Positions 47,837 to 57,515 of a stretch of DNA of 64,000 bases are shown here, one piece after another (within the stretch, counting starts at the first letter, position 1; every line of letters starts with the position of its first letter). A program made the position numbers and the translations under genes. The stretch is taken from NCBI GenBank assembly GCA_964553075.1, contig CAZKJP010000001.1:6339-70338 (forward strand), read 5' to 3'. The notes below the pieces were generated by a model, which saw nothing but the letters and a program-made list of their open reading frames with translations, made no database searches and was not told the DNA's origin. This DNA is from an uncultured Sangeribacter sp. Its GTDB lineage: Bacteria; Bacteroidota; Bacteroidia; Bacteroidales; Muribaculaceae.

Positions 47837-50800
47837 ATGAAGAAATTTAAAGAATATAGCAAACAGCTAAATCTGTCAGATATCAATAAGGAGGTTCTGA
47901 AAGAATGGGATAACCATTCCCTCTTCGAGGCCTCTATGAAAGAGCGCGAAGGTTGCCCCTCCTTTGTTTTTTACGAAGGACCGCCAAGTGCCAACGGTAT
48001 GCCAGGTATTCACCACATGATGGCTCGTACCATCAAGGATACCTTCTGCCGTTACAAGACCATGAAGGGATTCCATGTAAAGCGTAAAGCCGGTTGGGAT
48101 ACCCATGGCCTTCCCGTGGAGCTCGGTGTTGAAAAAACTCTTGGGATTACCAAAGAGGATATCGGAAAGAAAATTTCGGTTGCCGAGTATAATGAAGCTT
48201 GCCGTCGTGAGGTAATGAAGTATACTAAGGAATGGACGGACCTAACCCATCGTATGGGGTATTGGGTAGATCTTGACAACCCTTATATTACTTATGATAG
48301 CCGTTATATGGAGAGCGTATGGTGGCTTCTTCGCCAACTATATGATAAAGGGTATCTTTATAAAGGATATACTATTCAGCCTTATTCCCCTGCGGCCGGT
48401 ACAGGTTTATCATCTCACGAATTAAACCAGCCTGGGTGCTATCGTGATGTCAAGGATACAACCGCGACAGCTCTTTTCCGTATCCAGGAGCCTAAGGAGG
48501 AGATGACAGGTTGGGGAGACCCCTATTTCATGGCATGGACAACTACCCCATGGACTCTCCCCTCCAACACTGCTCTTTGTGTTGGTCCGAAGTTTGATTA
48601 TGTAGCTATTCGCACTTACAATCCATATACTGGAGCTAAGATCACAGTCGTTATGGCCGAGGTATTGGTTAATTCCTACTTCAAGCCTGAAGGTGCTGAA
48701 GCTTCAATGGATGAGTTTACTCCGGGAGCTAAAGTGCTTCCTTACAGAATTGTCGGACGTTGGAAAGGTTCCGATTTAGTAGGCATGCGGTATAATCAGC
48801 TTATGCCTTGGATCAAACCTTGTGAAAAGATCTCGGACCTTTCTCCTGAATGGGTAATCTCAGCTGCTAAGGATAATCCGGGAAACTGTTTTGAAGTTGC
48901 CGGCGAAAAATTTGTGGAATTGGCCTCAGAAGCTTTCCGTGTTATTCCGGGTGACTATGTTACGACCGAAGACGGTACCGGAATCGTTCACATTGCGCCA
49001 ACTTTCGGTGCTGATGACGCTAAAGTGGCTAAGGCTGCCGGTATTCCGCCGTTGTATCTTATCAACAAACGCGGTGAGACCCGTCCCATGGTTGATTTGC
49101 AAGGAAAGTATTATCCTATCGATGAGCTTGCCGAGGAATTTGTGGAGAAATGCGTAAATGTAGAGCTTTATAGTAAACATGCAGGCGACTATGTGAAGAA
49201 CGCTTACGATCCTAAATTCAATCCTGATGGAAAGTATGATGAAGAGGCTGCTAACAAGGCAGAGAATCTGGATATCGTATTATGTCTGGAAATGAAACAG
49301 GCTGGTGAGGTTTTCCGCATCGAGAAACATGTCCATAATTATCCCCATTGCTGGAGAACGGATAAGCCGGTGCTTTACTATCCTCTTGACAGCTGGTTCA
49401 TCAGGACTACAGCTGCCCGCGAACGTCTTATGGACCTTAATGGGAATATTAAATGGAAACCTGCCTCGACCGGTTCAGGACGTTTCGGTAAATGGCTCGA
49501 GAACCTTCAGGACTGGAATCTCTCACGTTCCCGCTACTGGGGTACTCCTCTTCCCATTTGGAGGACAGAGGATGGAAAAGAAGAGATCTGCATCGGTAGC
49601 TATGAAGAGCTGTATAATGAAGCAGAGAAGGCTGTCAAAGCCGGTGTAATGTCCACGAATCCTCTTAAGGATAACGGCTTTGAACCCGGTGTAAATACTG
49701 CTGATAATTATTCCAAAGTTGATATCCATCGCCCTTATGTCGATGAGATAGTACTTGTCTCCGAATCAGGAAAACCGATGAAGAGAGAATCCGACCTTAT
49801 TGATGTATGGTTTGATTCCGGTGCGATGCCGTATGCTCAGGCACACTATCCCTTTGAGAACAAGGAAGCATTGGATTCCGGTGAAATTTATCCGGCGGAC
49901 TTTATCGCAGAAGGTGTAGACCAGACCCGTGGATGGTTCTTTACCCTTCATGCCATAGCCGGTATGATTTTCGATTCCGTAAGCTATAAGGCAGTTATCA
50001 GTAACGGTCTTGTCCTCGATAAGAATGGTAACAAGATGAGCAAACGTCTTGGAAACGCCATTGATCCTTTTGATAATATCGAGAAATTCGGTAGCGATCC
50101 GGTAAGATGGTATATGATCTCCAACTCATCTCCTTGGGATAATCTTAAGTATGATGAGGCTGGTGTGGCAGAAACTTCGAGGAAGCTTTTCGCGACCTTA
50201 TATAATACTTATAAGTTCTTCGCTTTATATGCGAACGTCGATGGCTTTACTGGAGATGAACAGCAAGTTCCGGTTTCAGAGCGTCCCGAGATTGACCGTT
50301 GGATGCTATCTCTATTGAATACTTTAGTCAAAGAGGTTACTGAGGATCTGGATGATTATGAACCCACCAAGGCTGCCCGCGCCATCGAGGAGTTTGTAAA
50401 TGATAATCTCTCCAATTGGTATGTGCGCCTTAACCGTAAGCGTTTCTGGGCGGGTGAGATGAACTCCGATAAACTCACTGCTTATCAGACTCTTCACCGT
50501 TGTCTTGTAACGGTAGCTCAGCTGATGGCTCCTATCGCTCCTTTCTTCGCTGATAGGCTGTATAGTGATTTGCTCCCGCAAGGTGATAATGGCTATGCTT
50601 CGGTACATCTATCCAAGTTCCCGGAATTTGACCCCGCTTTGAGTGAACCTGAACTGGAGATGCAGATGGCTCTCGCCCAGAAAGCTACTTCTGCAGTGTT
50701 GGCACTAAGAAGAAAGGTGAATCTAAAGGTGCGCCAGCCGTTGCAGACCCTTTTGATCCCTGCTGCGGATGATTCTCAGAAGAAGGCTCTTGAGGTAGTT

Positions 50801-51394
50801 AAAGATCTCTTGGCTTCCGAAGTGAATGTGAAGGAGATTAAGATTGTAGATAATGAAGAATCTGGTCTCGTCAAGAGAGTCAAAGCCGACTTCAAGAAGC
50901 TTGGTCCGAAATATGGTAAGGTTATGAAAGATCTTGCCAAGGCTATTGGCTCAATGAGCCAGCAGGAGATCGCTACCCTTGAGCGTGATGGCAGATTCAC
51001 TTTCGAATCTGTTGCCGGTGCTCCCGTTGTTACTCTTGAAGATGTAGAGGTAATCCCTGAGGATGTACCCGGATGGCTGGTAGGAAACGAAGGAAATGTA
51101 ACAGTCGCTTTAGATGTTACCGTTACTCCAGAATTGCGCCGTGAGGGTATGGCTCGTGAATTGATCAACCGTATCCAGAATATCCGCAAGGCAGCAGATT
51201 ATGAGATAACGGATAAGGTACAGGTGGTTTTGTCTGATCTTCCAGAAATCAGAGAAGCAGTCGAGGCTTTCCGAGATTATATATCAGCGCAGGTCTTAGC
51301 CTCCTCCATTTCTCTTGCTACAGAAGCTCCGGAGGGTTCTACCGAAATGGATATCGAAGGTCTTAAAGATGCATGGGCATCCGTAAAACGGTAA
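47837..51394 (+). CDS. ileS: Isoleucine--tRNA ligase (type 2)
   Basis: EGPPSANGMPGIHH, GWDTHGLP, WTTTPWTLPSN, DWNLSRSRYWG and KMSKR. Confidence 0.97.
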   Translation: MKKFKEYSKQLNLSDINKEVLKEWDNHSLFEASMKEREGCPSFVFYEGPPSANGMPGIHHMMARTIKDTFCRYKTMKGFHVKRKAGWDTHGLPVELGVEKTLGITKEDIGKKISVAEYNEACRREVMKYTKEWTDLTHRMGYWVDLDNPYITYDSRYMESVWWLLRQLYDKGYLYKGYTIQPYSPAAGTGLSSHELNQPGCYRDVKDTTATALFRIQEPKEEMTGWGDPYFMAWTTTPWTLPSNTALCVGPKFDYVAIRTYNPYTGAKITVVMAEVLVNSYFKPEGAEASMDEFTPGAKVLPYRIVGRWKGSDLVGMRYNQLMPWIKPCEKISDLSPEWVISAAKDNPGNCFEVAGEKFVELASEAFRVIPGDYVTTEDGTGIVHIAPTFGADDAKVAKAAGIPPLYLINKRGETRPMVDLQGKYYPIDELAEEFVEKCVNVELYSKHAGDYVKNAYDPKFNPDGKYDEEAANKAENLDIVLCLEMKQAGEVFRIEKHVHNYPHCWRTDKPVLYYPLDSWFIRTTAARERLMDLNGNIKWKPASTGSGRFGKWLENLQDWNLSRSRYWGTPLPIWRTEDGKEEICIGSYEELYNEAEKAVKAGVMSTNPLKDNGFEPGVNTADNYSKVDIHRPYVDEIVLVSESGKPMKRESDLIDVWFDSGAMPYAQAHYPFENKEALDSGEIYPADFIAEGVDQTRGWFFTLHAIAGMIFDSVSYKAVISNGLVLDKNGNKMSKRLGNAIDPFDNIEKFGSDPVRWYMISNSSPWDNLKYDEAGVAETSRKLFATLYNTYKFFALYANVDGFTGDEQQVPVSERPEIDRWMLSLLNTLVKEVTEDLDDYEPTKAARAIEEFVNDNLSNWYVRLNRKRFWAGEMNSDKLTAYQTLHRCLVTVAQLMAPIAPFFADRLYSDLLPQGDNGYASVHLSKFPEFDPALSEPELEMQMALAQKATSAVLALRRKVNLKVRQPLQTLLIPAADDSQKKALEVVKDLLASEVNVKEIKIVDNEESGLVKRVKADFKKLGPKYGKVMKDLAKAIGSMSQQEIATLERDGRFTFESVAGAPVVTLEDVEVIPEDVPGWLVGNEGNVTVALDVTVTPELRREGMARELINRIQNIRKAADYEITDKVQVVLSDLPEIREAVEAFRDYISAQVLASSISLATEAPEGSTEMDIEGLKDAWASVKR

Positions 51395-51422
51395 GAAACC
51401 TAAAGCCAAAACAAAAGCCTGT

Positions 51423-52103
51423 ATGGAAAATGGCTTGAATAAATCTGAATCGCGAAGAGCTGCCTGGTTGGTTTTCCTGGTAGCCTTCGCGGTACTCCTC
51501 GCTGATCAGATACTAAAAATCTGGGTGAAGACCAATTTCTATCTCGGGGAATCCTTGGAGATCTTGCCCTGGTGGGAATTGAAATTCATCGAGAATAACG
51601 GCATGGCTTTCGGAATGGAGCTTTGGAACAAGCTCTTCCTGACCTTCGGTAGAATAGCAGCTGTTATCTTCTTCATCTGGATAATTTCCAAGATCATCCA
51701 GAAGCAGCATTGGAAGACCGGGTTCCTGATAGCTTTGGCGTTAATTACCGCCGGGGCTGCCGGGAATATTATAGACTGTGTATTCTACGGTGAGATCTTC
51801 TCTAATCCCATGCCTCCTCAGAAAGCGCAATTCCTGCCTCCTGGTGGTGGATACGCAGGTTGGTTTGAAGGGAGGGTCGTGGATATGCTGTACTTCCCGA
51901 TAGTTACCTGGACCTGGCCGAACTGGATACCGGTTATTGGAGGGACGGATTTCGAGTTCTTCCAATATATTTTCAACATAGCGGATGCTGCAATATGTAT
52001 TGGTGTCGCGCTCTTGTTGTTCTTTTACTCAAAGGATGCCAGCACAGCCTATACCCTCCTTTGGGGCGATAAAAAAGCCGTCAAATCTGATAAAAACAAA
52101 TGA
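51423..52103 (+). CDS. lspA: Lipoprotein signal peptidase
   Basis: DQILK, NNGMAFG, GNIID, VVDM and FNIAD. Confidence 0.94.
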   Translation: MENGLNKSESRRAAWLVFLVAFAVLLADQILKIWVKTNFYLGESLEILPWWELKFIENNGMAFGMELWNKLFLTFGRIAAVIFFIWIISKIIQKQHWKTGFLIALALITAGAAGNIIDCVFYGEIFSNPMPPQKAQFLPPGGGYAGWFEGRVVDMLYFPIVTWTWPNWIPVIGGTDFEFFQYIFNIADAAICIGVALLLFFYSKDASTAYTLLWGDKKAVKSDKNK

Positions 52104-52990
52104 AGATCCCCTGCTTATTTAGACCCCAGTACCTCTTAAATTTTATGAGACGAGGTCTTACCAACTCTAAAAGAATGGCCGGCCCGGCAATGGTCGGCCT
52201 TCTTATACTTTTAGGGATTGGAGGTGCCTGTACACGTCAGAAAGGGATAATCCCGGAAAAAGAATTGATAAAGACATTGGCTGACCTGGAAACAGCCCGG
52301 GCCTGGCAACGTGTGTCAGGTCCCGGTATTCCAAGGATGAGCGGGGACAGCGTTTCTTTGGCAGTTCTAAAAAATAACGGTATTACACCGGAAGAGCTTG
52401 ATTCCACTTTAAGTTGGTATGGTAGGAATGTAGATGATTACCAGATCCTTTATGCTAAAGTTGAAAGGGAACTTGATAGGAGGCTCAATGAGGTATCTAA
52501 ATCCCAACCTTTGGAGATTACCTCTGAAGGTGTAAAGGATCTGTGGAATTTCCCCAGATTTTCAAGGATCACTTCGGAAGATCTTATGCCCGGTCTTTCC
52601 TTTAATATTGATAATCCGGACATAGAACCGGGAGAAATAATTGAATGGAAACTTAGGCCGGTAAGTGGAAATAATCTCGAAATAGTCTTGGGTGGTGAAT
52701 ATGATGGTGGTCAGTATTTCTACAATAATTCCACCATTTACGCTCGCAACACTACCTCCGTAAAACTCTATACGGACTCTACCCGGAGATTATTAAGGTT
52801 GTACGGTACGATCGAACCTCGTGGAAATAGCTCTGAAACTGTGCTTATAGATAGTCTGGCTCTTCTGATCTTGCCGAAGGATGACGCGCAATATTTCCGG
52901 AATTTCCATCAGAAGAAATATTCTATCTTGCCTAAACGTAAAAAGAATGAAACCAAGGAAATACCTGACTCGACAAGTCATAAGGACTGA
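52100..52990 (+). CDS. DUF4296 domain lipoprotein (start uncertain: 52100, 52145 or 52175)
   Basis: Hydrophobic stretch plus GGAC lipobox, and DSTLSWYG. Usual Bacteroidales position after lspA. Confidence 0.78.
   Translation: MKIPCLFRPQYLLNFMRRGLTNSKRMAGPAMVGLLILLGIGGACTRQKGIIPEKELIKTLADLETARAWQRVSGPGIPRMSGDSVSLAVLKNNGITPEELDSTLSWYGRNVDDYQILYAKVERELDRRLNEVSKSQPLEITSEGVKDLWNFPRFSRITSEDLMPGLSFNIDNPDIEPGEIIEWKLRPVSGNNLEIVLGGEYDGGQYFYNNSTIYARNTTSVKLYTDSTRRLLRLYGTIEPRGNSSETVLIDSLALLILPKDDAQYFRNFHQKKYSILPKRKKNETKEIPDSTSHKD
52119..52160. repeat. 42-bp palindromic repeat in the DUF4296 5' coding region
   Basis: TTAGACCCCAGTACCTCTTAAATTTTATGAGACGAGGTCTTA reads FRPQYLLNFMRRGL in frame. Confidence 0.92.
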
Positions 52991-53165
52991 CCTTACAGGA
53001 GAAACCAATGAACTTGGACTCAGCGTAGTTACTGTGGAAGAGGAATCTGTGAAAGTAGTTCCCTTTACACAAGAATCAGAAGGTATCCTGTATGTCGATT
53101 CTCCAATTTGTATTTCGGAAATCAGTAAAGGTAGGTATAAAATTTGCGGGATTGAGGGCGAATGA
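52947..53165 (+). CDS. Small hypothetical protein (72 aa)
   Basis: MKPRKYLTRQV...SVVTVEEESVKVVPFTQESEGILYVD fills the gap to dapA and has protein-like beta-strand patterning. The ATG follows an A-rich stretch. Confidence 0.55.
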   Translation: MKPRKYLTRQVIRTDLTGETNELGLSVVTVEEESVKVVPFTQESEGILYVDSPICISEISKGRYKICGIEGE

Positions 53166-53230
53166 TTAAATTTATACCCTGAAAGTCCATAGTAGTTCCA
53201 AATTCTTTATGGCTGACTTGAATCTCATAT

Positions 53231-54112
53231 ATGGCAGACTTTAATTTAAGGGGGTTGGGAATAGCTCTCGTAACTCCATTCGATACAGATAAAAACATAG
53301 ATTATAATGCTCTTGACAAGTTACTTGATCATGTCTTGAACAATGGCGCAGATTATCTGGTAGTATTGGGTACTACCGGTGAGACCCCTACTCTTTTTCC
53401 GGAAGAAAAAGAGGAAGTCCGGTGCTTCATCAAATCGAAGGTCAAAGGTCGCGTCCCGCTTGTTTTAGGACTTGGCGGTAACTCCACAATGGGGGTTATA
53501 AAAGAAATGGGTGAAACGAATTTGGAAGGATTCTCGGCAATCCTTTCAGTGGTCCCTCCCTACAATAAACCCTCTCAGGAAGGCCTGCGCCAGCATTACT
53601 TGGCTATAGCTGAAATGTCTCCTCTTCCAATCATACTTTATAATGTACCTGGACGTACGGGAGTCAACATGACAGCGGCCACTACCCTCTCTATTGCTGC
53701 TGCTTCTCCTAAAGTAATCGGAATTAAGGAAGCCTCAGGGAATTTTCCTCAGATTGAGGAGATAATAAAAAATAAAAAACCTGAATTTCAGGTTATTTCC
53801 GGTGATGATTCCATTACTTACCCCTTGATGACCTTAGGAGCCGAAGGTGTCATATCGGTTATCGGAAATGCTTATCCGGCTGAATTTGGTAAGATGGTTA
53901 GACTGTGTCTCGAAGGTAAATTCTCCGAGGCCCTTCCGATTCATTTCCGCTTTACAGAGATGTTCAACCTCCTCTTTGTGGACGGTAATCCGGCCGGAGT
54001 TAAGTGTGCCCTGAATAATTTAGGATTGATGGAAAATGCATTGCGACTCCCGTTGGTTCCTACTCGAGTAGAGACATACGAGAAAATTCATAGTCTGATG
54101 AGCCGACTCTAA
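53231..54112 (+). CDS. dapA: 4-hydroxy-tetrahydrodipicolinate synthase
   Basis: ALVTPF, GTTGE, YNVPGRT, GIKEASG and SGDD. Confidence 0.96.
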   Translation: MADFNLRGLGIALVTPFDTDKNIDYNALDKLLDHVLNNGADYLVVLGTTGETPTLFPEEKEEVRCFIKSKVKGRVPLVLGLGGNSTMGVIKEMGETNLEGFSAILSVVPPYNKPSQEGLRQHYLAIAEMSPLPIILYNVPGRTGVNMTAATTLSIAAASPKVIGIKEASGNFPQIEEIIKNKKPEFQVISGDDSITYPLMTLGAEGVISVIGNAYPAEFGKMVRLCLEGKFSEALPIHFRFTEMFNLLFVDGNPAGVKCALNNLGLMENALRLPLVPTRVETYEKIHSLMSRL

Positions 54113-54147
54113 TAAGTGATATGTCATAGGGCATAGTTAAAAGGTAA

Positions 54148-56433
54148 ATGATAGATCGCGCTACAATTGAAAAAATAAAGGATACAGCTGACATCGTGGA
54201 GGTGGTGAGCGATTATGTTCATCTGACACGCCGCGGAGCCAACTATGTCGGGTTATGTCCTTTTCATAACGAGCGCACCCCCTCTTTTTCGGTTAGCCGG
54301 AGCAAGAACTTCTGTTATTGTTTCTCCTGTCACAAAGGAGGATCTCCGGTTAATTTCATAATGGAGAAAGAGGGGATCTCTTACCATGATGCCCTACTTC
54401 AGTTGGCTCGCAAATATAATATCGAGGTAGAGGAGCGTCAGCTGACCGATGAGGAAAGGCGCAATCAGAGTGAACGCGAAGCCATGTTTGTGGCCAATGA
54501 ATGGACGGCTGACAAAATGGTTAATACCCTTCATAAGACGCAAGACGGTCAAGACATTGGGCTGACCTATTTGTATGGAAGAGGTATAACAGCCGCGGCA
54601 GTCGAGCAGTTCCGACTTGGATATTGTCTTGATTCAGGCAACGATATAGCGGAGCAAGCCCGAAAATCCGGTTTCGATTTAGAGGTATTCCATAAATTAG
54701 GAATTTTAGGAAAAAGCAAAGAAGGGCGTTATTATGACCGCTTCCGTGGTCGGGTGATATTCCCTATTATCAATACTTCCGGGAAAGTCGTTGGATTCGG
54801 AGGGCGTGATCTAAAAGGGGGGCCAGCAAAATATATCAATTCCCCGGAGTCCGCTATCTACAAGAAGAGTAATGAGCTATATGGCATTTTCCAGGCCAAA
54901 GGGGAAATGGTACGGCAGGATCAATGCTATCTTGTAGAAGGTTACTTGGATGTGATAGGAATGTGGCAGGCGGGTCTGAAAAATGTAGTCGCCTCTTCCG
55001 GAACAGCCCTGACCGATGGGCAGATAGCACTCATACACCGGTTCACAAACAAAATCACCCTGATTTATGATGGTGATGCAGCGGGAATAAAGGCCTCTCT
55101 TAGGGGTATAGACATGTTGCTCAGACATAGGATGGAAGTCAAGGTGCTTCTGCTTCCTGATGGCCATGACCCTCATTCTTTCTCTTTGGAAAAGTCACCG
55201 GAAGATTTCCGAGAGTACATTAAGTCGCATGAGACAGATATAATCCGATTTCAGACCAAGGTATTGCTCGATGAAGCCGGAGAAGATCCTCAAAAAAGGA
55301 TAACTGCTGCAAATAGTGTGGTACAATCCATCGCCTCCATACCGGATGCTTTGAGCCGCACAGTTTACATCCAAGAATGTGCCATAGTTTTCGGACTCCC
55401 CGAAAGTGCCATCGCAACTGCCGTAGAGGCTGCCCGTAAAGCGATAGAACTTAGACACCAGCATGAAAAAGAGATTGAGCATCGTGCTTATCTTCGTAAC
55501 CAGAAGCAGGATCAACCGCCATCCGTAAGCAACACGGAAATTAATCCGGGCTCTGTAAACTCAGATTTTGGTTCCCCCTCAATATCAGACTCCCGGAATG
55601 GACAGCCCGTCCCAACTACACCTCCTGAGTCTCCTCAGCTTAAGGCTTTGGGGGGTAGAAAGGAGATCCGTAGAAAAAAGGAAATGATGGTTGCCGAACA
55701 ATGTCTGAAGTATGGACTGTTGCCAAATCATAATGTAGAGGACTTCTCTATTCTCGGTCCCGATTCAAATTGGGTCAGTGTTGCTGAATTTATAAAGGAG
55801 GATCTGGAGAGTGATAGTATTGAATTCGCCTTTCCTATTTTCTCTCGTCTTATGGATGAGGTGATAGCTTTGAGAAAGGATATATCCGCCTCTCTTGAGA
55901 AGCACCTTGATGAGGTTGAGAAAGAATTGAGGATTTTCCAGCAGGAGGAGATAGAGAAGATTGCTACTTCTAATATTTCTATGCAAGGGATTGAGATGGC
56001 TGAGAAAAAACTATCAGCTGAGATTATCCGTAGGCGCCAAGGTGCAATACGGGATTTTCTTAAAAGCTATCCCTCGCTGAAATTAGCCAGCCATGAGGAT
56101 GATGAGTTGAGAAAGCTGACCACTGAGCTGCTCTCCTCTCCCCACCGTCTTAGTAATATCTATGTCAAAGATCAGCGTCCGGAGGATTTGGAAAGAATGG
56201 AGAAAAGTCAGATGGACTCCTCTATCTTGCGGTCCATACGGGAATTGAAAAATGAAATTCTCGAAGAGGAGTATTTAGATATGATGAGCGAACTGAGACG
56301 AGCGGTAGCAGACCATGCTCCGGCCGAGAAGATACAGGAACTTCAGCTATCCTTGGCGGAAATAATTCAGATAAGGTCTATCTTGGCAAAAGAGTTGGGG
56401 GAACGAGCAGTAAGTCCTACTAAAATGAATTAA
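54148..56433 (+). CDS. dnaG: DNA primase
   Basis: CPFH...CFSC Zn ribbon, DRFRGR, KYINSPES, EGYLD and YDGDAAG. Confidence 0.96.
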   Translation: MIDRATIEKIKDTADIVEVVSDYVHLTRRGANYVGLCPFHNERTPSFSVSRSKNFCYCFSCHKGGSPVNFIMEKEGISYHDALLQLARKYNIEVEERQLTDEERRNQSEREAMFVANEWTADKMVNTLHKTQDGQDIGLTYLYGRGITAAAVEQFRLGYCLDSGNDIAEQARKSGFDLEVFHKLGILGKSKEGRYYDRFRGRVIFPIINTSGKVVGFGGRDLKGGPAKYINSPESAIYKKSNELYGIFQAKGEMVRQDQCYLVEGYLDVIGMWQAGLKNVVASSGTALTDGQIALIHRFTNKITLIYDGDAAGIKASLRGIDMLLRHRMEVKVLLLPDGHDPHSFSLEKSPEDFREYIKSHETDIIRFQTKVLLDEAGEDPQKRITAANSVVQSIASIPDALSRTVYIQECAIVFGLPESAIATAVEAARKAIELRHQHEKEIEHRAYLRNQKQDQPPSVSNTEINPGSVNSDFGSPSISDSRNGQPVPTTPPESPQLKALGGRKEIRRKKEMMVAEQCLKYGLLPNHNVEDFSILGPDSNWVSVAEFIKEDLESDSIEFAFPIFSRLMDEVIALRKDISASLEKHLDEVEKELRIFQQEEIEKIATSNISMQGIEMAEKKLSAEIIRRRQGAIRDFLKSYPSLKLASHEDDELRKLTTELLSSPHRLSNIYVKDQRPEDLERMEKSQMDSSILRSIRELKNEILEEEYLDMMSELRRAVADHAPAEKIQELQLSLAEIIQIRSILAKELGERAVSPTKMN

Positions 56434-56523
56434 CATCCTATAGTTTCTTCAATCTGTTGAAGCGGTAGGAAATTTTAGTAAGCACAAAGAAAAAGTAAAC
56501 AATAACGACAGAACAACAGTAAT

Positions 56524-57450
56524 ATGAATAATATACTTGAAATAGATAACCTGTCTAAGCAATTTACAAACGTAAAGGCCCTTGACGGAGTTAGCTTTAA
56601 TGTCGAGAGAGGGTCAATAACAGGTATCTTAGGTCCGAATGGCGCCGGGAAGACTACTCTTCTCAGAATAATCAACGGTATTATAATATCGGATGAAGGA
56701 ACAGTGATGGTAGACGGGAAACCGGCATCCCGCGATAATGCCACCTTGATAGGATACATGCCTGAAGAACGTGGTCTCTACGATAATATGACAGTGGCAG
56801 ACCAGATTATCTATTTCGGTCGTCTTCATGGTGGCGACGAACGTCGCCTGCGCCTTGTTATGGCGGAGTATCTTGAAATGTTCAATCTCGGAGACCAACA
56901 GAAAAGAAAGATCAAAGAACTCTCGAAAGGTAACCAGCAGAAAGTGCAGATCATATCTACTCTGGTACATGAGCCTGAACTGGTAATCTTAGATGAACCT
57001 TTCAGTGGATTCGACCCTATCAATGGAGCTATTCTTACGGATATTATCACTCGATTAAGGGAAGTAGGAGCAACTATTATCCTCTCGAGCCATAATATGC
57101 CGGCTATCGAGGGAATGTGCAATGACATTGCCCTCATTAATCACGGCCATCTTTTGGTCAAGGACTCACTTATAAACATTAAAGAACAGAATAAGGATCA
57201 GTCTTTGCTCGTTACTTCCAGAACTCCGATTGACCTTGACCAGTTAGCTCAATCAGGAGTTATAGAATCCTCTGATAAAATAGACACAATCGGCCATAGG
57301 ACCGGTTATTCCTATAAGCTGTTTAAGGCTCCAGATATAACAAACTCGGAACTTCTCGGAAAGCTGGTACCCTTAAGTGAAATCACTCATTTTGAGGAGG
57401 CTCTGCCCTCATTGAATGATATTTTCTTAAAATATACCACTGAGAAATAA
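56524..57450 (+). CDS. ABC-2 type transporter ATP-binding protein
   Basis: GPNGAGKT, LSKGNQQK and ILDEPFSG. Confidence 0.93.
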   Translation: MNNILEIDNLSKQFTNVKALDGVSFNVERGSITGILGPNGAGKTTLLRIINGIIISDEGTVMVDGKPASRDNATLIGYMPEERGLYDNMTVADQIIYFGRLHGGDERRLRLVMAEYLEMFNLGDQQKRKIKELSKGNQQKVQIISTLVHEPELVILDEPFSGFDPINGAILTDIITRLREVGATIILSSHNMPAIEGMCNDIALINHGHLLVKDSLINIKEQNKDQSLLVTSRTPIDLDQLAQSGVIESSDKIDTIGHRTGYSYKLFKAPDITNSELLGKLVPLSEITHFEEALPSLNDIFLKYTTEK

Positions 57451-57515
57451 GCCACCGTACCAAAAATCAAAAGGGGAAGTAAGAAGCGGGAATAATACTT
57501 ATAAATTTGAAAGCA

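Noticed and set aside
4186-52160. Palindromic repeat as a CRISPR repeat
   Set aside because: Copies are kilobases apart, in both orientations, without regular spacers, and there are no cas genes.
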